Part shown: piece by piece, positions 25,590 through 36,018 of the stretch
How the letters are laid out: every line of letters begins with the position of its first letter
How positions within the stretch are numbered: position 1 is the first letter of the stretch
Source: Malacoraja senta
Lineage: Eukaryota
Reading direction: 5' to 3'
NCBI GenBank assembly: GCA_038087875.1
Contig: CM075988.1
Span: 3,720,001-3,784,000 of the forward strand
Length of the DNA stretch: 64,000 nucleotides
Notes under the pieces: model-generated
Told to the model about the DNA's origin: nothing
Seen by the model: only the letters and a program-made list of their open reading frames with translations
The model's database searches: none
Made by a program: the position numbers and the translations under genes

Positions 25590-25890
25590 GGTGTAGAAAT
25601 GTGAAAACGCACACCTCCAGATTCAGGGATAGTCTCTTACCAGCTGTTGTCAGGCAACTGAACCATCCTACCACAACCAGGGAGCAGTGCTGAACTACTC
25701 TCTACCTCATTGGTGACCCTCAGACCATCCTCGACTGGATTTTGCTTGCTTGACCTTTCACTAAACATTATTCCCTTATCATGTATCTATACACGATTGT
25801 AATCATGTGTTGTCTTTCCACTGACTGGATAGCACGCAGCAAATGCTTTCACTGTACCTCGGTACACGTGACAATAAATTAAACTGAAAC
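25590..25890 (+). mobile_element. Rex1/Babar-like LINE 3' end (other copies at about 45290-45660, 48885-49070 and minus-strand fragments)
   Basis: gtgaaaacgcacacctccagattcagggatagt...ccagctgttgtcaggcaactgaac...cactgtacctcggtacacgtgacaataaa(taaac)n. The clade assignment is tentative. Confidence 0.55.
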
Positions 25891-25999
25891 TAAGTACCGC
25901 CACAACCACCTGTACGTTCCCCTCCATGCTACATACCATCTCGTCAGACCCAATCCTTCATTGTCTGTAACTCGTTCTCACCCAGCCCACAGCTAACGA

Positions 26000-26199
26000 N
26001 NNNNNNNNNNNNNNNNNNNNNNNNNNNNNNNNNNNNNNNNNNNNNNNNNNNNNNNNNNNNNNNNNNNNNNNNNNNNNNNNNNNNNNNNNNNNNNNNNNNN
26101 NNNNNNNNNNNNNNNNNNNNNNNNNNNNNNNNNNNNNNNNNNNNNNNNNNNNNNNNNNNNNNNNNNNNNNNNNNNNNNNNNNNNNNNNNNNNNNNNNNN
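26000..26199. other. Assembly gap (200 N)
   Basis: Run of N. Confidence 1.
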
Positions 26200-26229
26200 T
26201 TCCATGCTTTAATTGTGTGGGGGGAAGAA

Positions 26230-26730
26230 TGAATTGTTGTACACATCTGTCTTGGTAGCTGGAATCTCAAATTGGATCGAATGGTCCTCGCCTGCTCCTA
26301 ATTGGTTTGGGTTTGGTGTAGGTTTTGTAATCTATGTCGAGCTGACCATTTAACATTTTGTAAAAACAGGTCAAACGGTGAGCTTCACGTCTGTCTTGGA
26401 GAGGGTTCCACCCAGAGAATTCAGAAGTTTGGTAACACTCGTTTCTCTCTCATAGGTGTTAGTAACAAATCGAGCTGCCTGTCTTTGGACACGTTCGATG
26501 GAAGAAATGTTTTTATTTGTGTATGGGTCCCATGCTGCAACTGCGTAGTCCAAATGAGGTCTAACGAGGGTGAAGTATAGCTTCTCCTTGACAGAAGTTG
26601 AACAATGATGAAAGTTGCATCTCAGAAAGTTTAGGACACCTGTTGCTTTCACCGTTGCATGATGAGTCTGACCATTCCAACGCAGATCGTTCTGCAATTT
26701 GATGCCAAGATACTTGGTTTGTTTGGATTC
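26230..26730 (-). mobile_element. CR1-group non-LTR RT C-terminal fragment of a lineage distinct from the local CR1
   Basis: KYLGI..QNDLRW...KATGVLNFLRCNFHHCSTSVKEKLYFTLVRPHLDYAVAAWDPYTNKNISSIERVQRQAARFVTNTY. Confidence 0.75.
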
Positions 26731-26792
26731 TTCAAGGTGGCACCAAGTATATTGTAAGATATATTGTAACAGTCTGATTAAAAAAGTAAAGA

Positions 26793-27138
26793 TGTGCAGG
26801 AAGGAACTGCAGAATCAGGTTTGAACTGAGGATAGATACAAAATGCTGGAGTAACCAGCGGGACAGGCAGCATCTGTGGAGAGAAGGAATGGGTGACGTT
26901 TCGGGTCGAGATCCTTCTTCAGTCTGGGATTGGAGATTGGCTTTACTGAACCATGGCCTTTTGTTGTTTACATTATCCAATTCTTAAAAGAGATTTCATG
27001 TTAGATGCAGCCACAGGGGGAAAATATCCGATCTACTCCAATTCTGAACAAGGGTCTCGACCCGAAACGTCACCCATTCCTTCTCTCCAGAGATGCTGTC
27101 TGTCCCGCTGGCTACTCCAGCATTTTGTGTGTATCCTC
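26793..27138. mobile_element. Palindromic Penelope-derived element with captured local sequence in the loop
   Basis: Arms about 26835-26922 and 27050-27135 are inverted copies; the loop 26929-27046 duplicates 27308-27425. Confidence 0.7.
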
Positions 27139-27945
27139 TATTGAAGGTAAAGATAGTCCAATAAAAGATTAAAGGTAGTCTGAGTGTCGCCAATGAAGTA
27201 AATGGTAGCTCAGGACCGCTCTCTAGTTAGTGATATGACGCTTCAGTTGCTGAGGAAGAAACTGTCCCTGAATCTTGAGGTATGGGTTAACGGAATGGCA
27301 GGAAGGAATTGGAGATGGGCTTTACTGAACCAGTCTTTTGTTATCTACCTTATCCAATTTTTTAAAAGAGATTTCATGTTAGATCCAGCGACAGAGGGAA
27401 AATATCTGACTATCTTCCAATTCTGGGACCTCTGCTGAATGCTCAGATGATTAAACAAGGGTAACAATGTCCTATCTCTGTCCCTTTCACGTATAAACCA
27501 TCTGATGTATACGAATCACTGCTGCAGCACTGCACACCTCATTTCCAGACTGGAATTACATTGTACCAGGATAAGTGAGAAAAGATTTAATACAATTTAT
27601 TAAAATTACGGAGATGTGAAGTATCATGCTTTGGCTGCTCAGAAGGCTGTCTGTTGCTGATTAAGTGAATGACCCGTGATTGAAATTCACTTCTGATTAA
27701 CGTCTCGTTCCTGCGCTTCTTCCTGATTTCATTTCAATTCGTCGCTCTGCGTATCGCAGCTGATAAGTTTTGTTGGAACTAATCACAAGGCTTGTCGTGC
27801 CAGTTGGAATTCTAATGAGGCAGTGAGAGGTCCTGCATTGTGCGTGGATTACTAAACACTCACGGTCCTTGCGTTAAACCTAACGGAGCGCCCTGTACTC
27901 ACACCAAACTTCAACATTCAAAAGGTTCATCCTCGTAATTAAAAA

Positions 27946-28161
27946 TTGCAGCACAGCTGCGCAGCGGTAGAGTTGCTGCCTCACAGCGCCAGAGACCCAG
28001 GTTCGATCCTGACTACGGGTGCTGTCTGTATGGAGTTTGTACATTCTCTCCGTGACGCGTTGGTTTTTGTCCGAGATCTCTGGTGCGGAGTTCGCTGGTC
28101 GGCGCGGGCTCGGTGGGCCGAAGGGCCTGTTTCCATGCTGTATATCTAAACTAAACTAAAC
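27946..28161 (+). mobile_element. V-SINE (internally deleted)
   Basis: A/B boxes and tail. Confidence 0.8.
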
Positions 28162-28374
28162 ATCCCTCGAGCACTGGGACAGGGCTTGATGCGGTGGAGA
28201 CGGGGTTACACTGAGCGACAGTTCACTTCACATCGCTAGCCGCTTATATTTCCACCAAGGTTGATGGAAATAAAATCCACAGAGGGGCGATTTAATAGAG
28301 GTTTTCAACTATTATGAAGGGTTTCTCTAGTGAAGGGATGCACTGTGGGCGCTGGTGAAAAAGTTGAAGCTCGA

Positions 28375-28970
28375 GAAGACTTTGGTTCAGCTTCATTGAG
28401 AGTATTGCATGAAGTTCTGGTCACCCTGTTACAGGAAGGGTATGGAGGCTTGAGAGAGGGTACAGAAGTGCATTATCTGAATGATGTCTGGATTAGGAGG
28501 TATTAGCTACAGGGAAAGGTTGCACAAGCTAGCATTGTTTTCTCTGGAACAGCAAAGATTGAGAGGAGACCTGATAGAAGTATATAACATTAATAGAGGC
28601 ACAGAGAGGATAGACAGTCAGAACCTTTTTCCCAGGGTGGAAATATCAAAGCCTGGAGGGCATTTGTTTGGCGTGAGAGGGGCAAAGTTTAAAAGAGATG
28701 TGCAAGGTGAGGTAATTTTATACAGAGGGTGGTGGGTGCCTGGAACACGTTGATACTGGTGGTTGTGGAGGCAGATACGGAAGTGGCTTTTGGACAGCAG
28801 GCGATATGCAGGAATGGAAGGATATGGATTGAATTAACAAATATCACATGGGAACAGTCTTTGGCCCATTGAGTCCACACCAACCATCGCTCATACGATC
28901 ATGCACAGGCAGAGATTACTTTATCTTGACATCACGTTCGGCATGGACATTGTGGGCTGAAGAGCCTGTT
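28375..28970 (+). mobile_element. Old CR1 LINE 3' fragment
   Basis: ORF 28481-28753 SYRERLHKLALFSLEQQRLRGDLIEVY. Confidence 0.8.
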
Positions 28971-28982
28971 CCTGCCCAATTT

Positions 28983-29275
28983 AGGGTGGCACAGTGGTGC
29001 AGCGGTAGAGTTGCAGCCTTACCTGGGTTTGACCCTGACTACGGGTGCTGCCTATACGGAGTTTGTATATTCTTACCGCGACTGCGTGGGCTTTCTCCAA
29101 GTGCTCCGGTTGTCTCCCACACTCCAAAGACGTGCAGGTTTGTAGGTTAATTGGCTTTTGCAATTTGTAAATTGTTCCTAGTGTGTAATATGGTGTTAGT
29201 ATATGGGATGATGTCTGGTAGGAGCGAACTCGATGGGCCGAAGGGCTGTTTCCACACTGTATGTCTAAAGTCTAA
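28983..29275 (+). mobile_element. V-SINE
   Basis: Consensus motifs. Confidence 0.8.
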
Positions 29276-29922
29276 CTTCTAAACTCTGTTCTATGAATAA
29301 CACAAAGTGCAAAGAATTGAAGTGCAAATTCTGTGAAGATAGACACAAATGCTGGAGTAACTCAGCAGGTCAGACTGCATCTCTGGAGAAAAGGAATGGG
29401 TGATGTTTCAGGTCGAGACCCTTCTTGAGAAAATAATGTGTGCCTCTGTTTCTTTCGAAGCTGTGCCAATAAACCTACTTCCAGAATAAATGTAAGCTGG
29501 TAATGTCATCACTGTATCATGCAGAGATACAGCCAGGCACTGCTCTGGGTCTGCATGTCCGATATGCATCAAATTCTGTCATTCCCCCTTGTGCCACTGC
29601 TGTGCTGTATGATGGGGGAAATTAGGTAGGAACATAAGACACAAGAAGCAAGACATAAGAAGTTAAGAAAGAGGAGATGCTTTTGGTCATCTGGCCCTGC
29701 AAGGCTGCTCTGCTTCATCAAGAAGGGTTTCGGCCCGAAACGTTGCCTATTTCCTTCACTCCATAGATGCTGCCGCACCCGCTGAGTTTCTCCAGCATTT
29801 TTGTCTACCCTCTCTCTGCTTCATCAAGATCATGGTACTAATGGAATCAAGGGATATGGCCTCCCAACTCAGTGCCATTTTCCTGATCCCGTAACATTGG
29901 ATTCCCTTAGTACCTGACAATC

Positions 29923-30240
29923 TTAGTTCAGTTTACTTTAGAGATACAGTGCGGAAATAGGCCCTTCAGCCCACTGAGTCCATGCCCACCAGCGTTCCCC
30001 GCCCATTCACACTACCTACACACACTAGGGACAATTTTACATTTTATATTTGTTATACCAAGTGAATTAACCAACAAACCTGTACGTCTTTGGAGTGTGG
30101 AGGAAACCGAAGATCTCGGGGAAAACCCACGCAGGTCGCGGGGAGAATGTACAAACTCTGTACAGACAGCACCCGTAGCCAGGATGGGACCTGGGTCTCT
30201 GGTGCTGTAAGCCAGTAGCTCACTGCTGTGCCACCATGTC
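29923..30240 (-). mobile_element. V-SINE
   Basis: Consensus motifs, reverse complement. Confidence 0.8.
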
Positions 30241-31664
30241 GCAGCAGATCTGTTGATCTATTGATCTTTGTTTTGAATGAACTCAACGGTTGAATCTCTT
30301 TGGTCATTCCAAAGGTTCACCAGAACCGGAGAGAAGAAATATCTCATCTCCACAATGGCCTGGCCTTATTCTGAGGATGTTTGCCGTGGTTCTGGACCCC
30401 TCAACCAGGGGGAAACATCTCCCTGTATCCAACCCTGTAGGAAGTATATGTTTCAATGAGATCTTCTCTCATTCTTACAAGCTCCAGAAACACAAGCTTA
30501 TACTTCTGCAGGGAAGGGAGGGACATGAATCACATTCAGGCAGACTAGATCAGTATAACAATCATGCTCAGCACACACATTGTGGGCCGAAGGGCCTGTT
30601 CCTGTGTTGTACGGTTCTATCTGCTCAATCTCTCCTCAAAGGCAAAATTGGATTGCAGGAATTAATTGAGTGAAACTTTGCTGCATTCGTGTTTATGGCA
30701 AAAATACTATAACAACATTCACACAGAGAGTTGTTAGTGTGTGAATTCACTGCCTCGGAGGCAGGTTCTCTGGATGCTTTCATGAGAGAGCTAGACAGAG
30801 CTCTTAAAGATAGCAGAGTCAAGGGATATGGGGCAAAGGCAGAATGGGGTACTGATTGTGGATGATCAGCCATGATCACACTGAATGGCGGTGCTGGCTT
30901 GAAGAGCCGAATGGCCTACTCCTGCACCTATTGTCTATTGTCTATTGACATTTAGACAGGTACATGGAAAAGAAAAGTTTGGAGGGATATGGGCTAAACG
31001 CAGGCAGGTTCGACTCATGAGGATGGGGCATCTTGGTCGGCGTGGGCTAGTTGTGCCGAAGGGCCTATTTCCGTGCTGTGTGACTCTCTGACTTTTTTGG
31101 GTAAGGAAGCCACCTAAACTGCGTACATCACTATAGACTTGGTCTCATCAAGATTCTATATAATTGGAGTAAAACAATTTTCTACAGTCAACCCTGCATT
31201 CAAATTTTCTATTGACCAAAGCCAACTTTCCTAGCAGCTTGTTGCACCAGGGCTGGTTTTCAATGATTGTATAAGAACATCCACATCCTTAACAATTCCC
31301 AATCTCCCAACATTTAGAAAGTAATTTGTTTTCATTTTGTGTGTTGTGAAGCGGATGATCTCTCAATATTCCACATTAACGTTCCATTTGATTCACAGAG
31401 CTTGGCTTTATCCCCTGAAGGTCCTGTGTATCCTGTTCATCTTTCCTAGCTTTCTTTGCATTATGAACAGACTTGGGAATGTGACACTCAGCCAACGCAC
31501 CACTCAGCCAACTCACCCATGTAGACTGTGAATAGCTGGGGCCCTGACATGGCTCCCTGTCCCCAACAGTGACAGTCTGACAACCTGAACACATTCATTT
31601 ATTCCCCATCTCTTTTCAGTCCATTAACAAATTCTCAATCCATGCAGTTTACATCCAGTGGTAT

Positions 31665-32022
31665 TAACTTCAAGTAATCCTTGCTTTCCCTCTCTCTCCA
31701 TCCTTCCCATTCTAGTTCTCCGACCTGCCTGACCAGTCTCCTGATTCAATTTTATCTTTGTATGCCTCATTGTCACCTTCCCCAGCTAGCAATGATCTAT
31801 TCTACATTTTCCTTGACCTTTGTCGCCTTTGATGTCTCGTTTTCACACCTTACCCTTCCATATCTCTGTGTCTCCCTGTTCCCTGACTCTCAGTCTGAAG
31901 AAGGGTCTCACCTGAAACGTCACCTATTCTTTCTCTCTAGAGATGCTGCCTGTCCCGCTGTGTTACTCCAGCAGTTTTTGTCTGTCTTCAGTGTAAACCA
32001 GCATCTACAGTTCCTTCCTACA
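31665..32022 (+). mobile_element. Penelope-like 3' region with hammerhead-like motif at 31895
   Basis: aacttcaagtaatccttgctttccctctc...ctgactctcagtctgaagaagggtctcacctgaaacgtc; paralogous to 7890-8240 and, inverted, 43390-43775. Confidence 0.65.
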
Positions 32023-32723
32023 CCAGTATATTGGCCAACACATTGCCCAACCTATTGCTGAAGAAGGGTCTCGACGCGAAACGTCACCCTTTCCTTCTCT
32101 TCAGAGATGCTGCCCATCCCGGTGAGTTACTCCAGCTTGTTGTGTAAGCTTCGGCCCAACCTATTGTACTGGACCTCATTGAACATGTTCTGGAAGTCAC
32201 ATCTTCCTTGTCTATTGTACAAGACACATCCTCTGTGACCTGTCATAGATAAACATGAATTTTCATAACTCCATGTTTAATCCGCTTGCTTTCCCAAGTG
32301 TTAATATTACAACTCTTATAAAAGGAAAGATACAAAGTGTAGGAGCATCTCAACGGGTCAGGCAGCATCGCTGGAGAACATGGATAATTGACGTTTCGGG
32401 TCAGGAAACATCATCTATTAAGTCTGAAATGTTACCTATCCTTGTTCTCCAGGGATGCAATTGAGTTACTCCAGCATTGTGTGTTTTTCCTTGGCAAACC
32501 AGCATCTGCAGATCCTTGTTTCAACATTCCAACCTTTGTTATAGATTTGAACATTTCCAGATTGACGCCACACCAACAGCCTGTCACTTTCCTGACTTCC
32601 CTTTCCTTTCTTTCTTACTTTATGGGGGCAGATCCTTCTCATCTGCAGGGCCAACTCCACGATCTGAAGGAAGGTTCCAATCTGAAACGGACCTATTCAT
32701 GTTCCCCAGATGCTGTCTGCTGA

Positions 32724-33025
32724 GTTTAGTTTAGTTTAGTTTAGAGATACAGCACAGCCACAGGCCCTTCGGCCCATCGAGCGCACCGACCAGCGATAAC
32801 CGCACACTGACACTATCCTACACGCACTGGGGACAATTTACATTCATACCAAGCCAATTAACCTATAAATCTGTATGTCTTTGGAGTGGGGGAGGAAACC
32901 AAAAATCTCGGAGAAAAACTCACGGTGAGAATGTACAAACTCCGTACAGACAACACAGGTAGTCGGGATCCAACCCGGGTCTCTGGTGCTGTAAGGCAGC
33001 AAATCTACCACTGTGCCACCAAGCC
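32724..33025 (-). mobile_element. V-SINE
   Basis: Consensus motifs, reverse complement. Confidence 0.8.
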
Positions 33026-34600
33026 GCCCAGCTACTCCAGCACTTTGTGTTTCCTTTTGTATAAACCAGCATCTGCAGTTCCGGGTGTTGCCAGAATCAA
33101 TGGGAGTTTTGGAAGATGAAAACTAGAGCATCCACTGTCTCCACAGACACTCTGAGATGTCTTTATTGTCAGGAGTGGTACCATGTACAGAGACTAGGTG
33201 TGGACATGTCTATCTTGGTGAAAAGCGGCCACCCACTCCCACATTCCCACTTCTCACAAAGAGAAACTGTGTGGGGAAACACTCGGCACAGCCACACAAT
33301 AGCTGGCAATAAATTACCAGCACAAATAAATGGTATTCACTCGACTGTGTGTAGGTAAAGATGTAACAGTCGTCTTTACTAAAACTATGAATGGGTGGCT
33401 TGTTGCTACGGGTGATCACATCTCTGAGTGGGGAGGGGTGAAGATTTGCACAGGGACTTTTATCATGCAGATGATATTATAATTGGAAATAGGGTAATGA
33501 CATAGCTGTTAAATAATAACCTTGCATCTGTCCTCATGGCAGGTAAAGAGTCTAAAGTAGCAAAGATATTTGGAGAAGTAAAATAAATCAAAAAGGACCG
33601 CCAACCTGGATTCACAGCAGTTTCACAATTGTAATCGAGAAAATACTGAAGCCAAACAAAAAATCACCAGGATGTGATGGTTTCAAGGGTTACTCCAACT
33701 TGCTTACGTGAGGCATTTTCATCATAGGGAGGTATAGAACAAAGAGAACAGCATAGGAACAGGCCCTTACACCAACAATGTCCATGCTAAACAGGATTCT
33801 AGTTTAGTTAGGTTATTCTCTTGTGTACCAAGGTACAGTGAGAAGTTATTTGTTGCGTGTTAACCAGTCAGCGGAAAGACTATACATGATAACCACCAAG
33901 CTGTTTACAGTGTACAGATACTGGATACAGGATGGGGGTGCAACATGTAGTGCAACATCGGAGAGGAGATTAAGGAGAGCTTAGTTAGAGTAGGAAATGC
34001 TGTGGTTGGAGTCGAGGTTTAGAAGAGTAGATTGCAGTTCTACTCCCCTTTCCCATGACTCTGTCTGAAGAAGGGTCTCGACCCGAACATCATCTATTCC
34101 TTTTCTACAGAGATGCTGCCTGACCCGCAGAGTTACTCCAAATTTTTTGCATCTATATTTGGTTTCCAAATGACTGCCTGGGAATGGTCCCCCCTGTGAT
34201 GGAGATGGGACCTTGTGATCTGAGCAGGGATCATTGTCTTCACAGAGGAACAGTAACCCTGAGTCTCTGACCATCCCCCCTCCCATCAATGGCAGGAGTT
34301 GCCCTTTGCGACGCTCTGACCGTTTCCACCCCGGACCACCCAAACAAATTTTGATTTTACGGTTGAAGGTTTTTAAATTACTGCTTTTAAAAAAAATTCA
34401 TTATTCATTTCACGTTGCATGGTCAGCATTTACTGCCGGTCTGGAGCTGGCAATGAGCACTTTGCCATTTCAGAGTGTATGTCAGTGCCAACCACATTAG
34501 CTTGAGGCTGGTATTACGTGCAAACTGGGCAAGATACCAAAGTAAAATCCCTTCCCTAAAGGTCCTTGGAAACGAGTTGACTTTTCACGTTACTCTGTTA

Positions 34601-35922
34601 AGGGCCCGTCCCACGCGGCGTAAATGATGTCGCGTAAATGACGCCCAAGTGGGACAGGCCCTTTACTTTACACAGGGAAGAGAGTTTTATTTTATTTGTG
34701 ATTTCAGATATAAGGGGGGGGGGGGTGAAGGGGGAGGAAGAAGAAGCGAGGGAGAGGGGGGTAGGGGAGAAGGGGGGAGAGGAGGGGGGGGAGAAACGGG
34801 GAGAGAGAAGGGGGGAGGAGAGAAGGGGGGGGAGAGAAGGGGGGAGAGAAGGGGGGGAGAGAGGGGGGGAGAGAAGGGGGGAAGCGAAGGGGGGGAGCGA
34901 AGGGGGGGAGAGAAGGGGGCTATAGAAGGGGGGGGGAAGAGAAGGGGGGAAGAGAAGGAGGGGGAGAGAGGGGGGAGAGAGAAGGGGGGGAGAGAGAAGG
35001 GGGGAGAGAGAAGGGGGGAGAGAGAAGGGGGGGGAGAGAGAAGGGGGGAGAGGAAAGGGGGGAGAGGAAAGGGGGGGAGAGAAGGAGGGGAGAGAAGGGG
35101 GAGAGGAAAGGGGGGGAGAGGAAAGGGGGGAGAGGAAGGGGGAGAGGAAGGGGGGGAGAGAGGAAAGGGGGGGAGGAAAGGGGGGGAGGAAGAAAGGGGG
35201 GGAGGAGGAAAGGGGGGGGGAGGAGGAAGGGGGGAGGAGGAAAGGGGGGGAGGAGGAAAGGGAGGGGGGAGGAAAGGGGAGGAGGAGGAAAGGGGGGAGG
35301 AGGAAAGGGGGGGGGAGGAAAGGGGGGGAAGGAAGGTGGGGAAGAAGAGGGGGGAAAGGGGGAAGAGAAGGTGGGAGGCGAGAAGGGTGGGAGGAGAGAA
35401 GGTGGGAGGTGAGAAGAGGGGGGGGAGAGAAGGGGGAGCGGGAAGGAGGGGCACATTTAAGAAGCCAGACTATGTTTAATAAGCCGTGAAGCCGAGATAC
35501 ACAGCTGTGAAGTTTGGCGGGCATTTAACATTACCGATCGATTTTCCTTGGTTCTGAAAACTTGTGCTTACGTGTTTTTTCCCCCCAATGAGCCAATGAA
35601 AATGCCCGGTCAGCAAAGGCGATTAACTAAAACTACCTACAACTACATCGACTACCCATAACTACATGGCGACCCCACTACAACTTCACCTACTACTACA
35701 AAAAGTATCGATTTTCTCCATGGCGCCAATTCTTGGTCGCAGAAAAATTTTCAACATGTTCAAAGATTTGTGGTGACCATACTGAGGGCTGCGACCAGTT
35801 CCCAGAATGTGGGAACTCCTCGCAACTATGAAGGAGACTCACCAGAGACCACCAGCAAACATGTGGCGAGCGCAGAGTCTCCTGCACTCGCCTAAAAAAG
35901 TCACCTAAGTGGGACAGGCCCT
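34601..35922. mobile_element. Harbinger-like non-autonomous element(s): a 62-bp mini-MITE (34601-34662) plus a further right end at 35922
   Basis: agggcccgtcccac at 34601; gtgggacaggccct ends at 34662 (TSD TTA/TTA) and at 35922. The segment near 35745-35775 resembles the interior of the 7080-7308 MITE (aaaa..ttcaacatgtt). Confidence 0.65.
34713..35452. repeat. ~740-bp almost pure G/A low-complexity tract
   Basis: Directly visible; many G4+ runs. Confidence 0.95.
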
Positions 35923-36018
35923 TGACAAAGAGCAGTTGTAATCTCAAGATTGCAACTGACAAGAACCTAGACAGAACTGCGAAGGACAATCCACCCCTTC
36001 AATAGATAAGGAAGCATG

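Noticed and set aside
34598..35524. Pro/Ser-rich and Gly/Glu/Arg-rich ORFs
   Set aside because: Artefacts of the purine tract.
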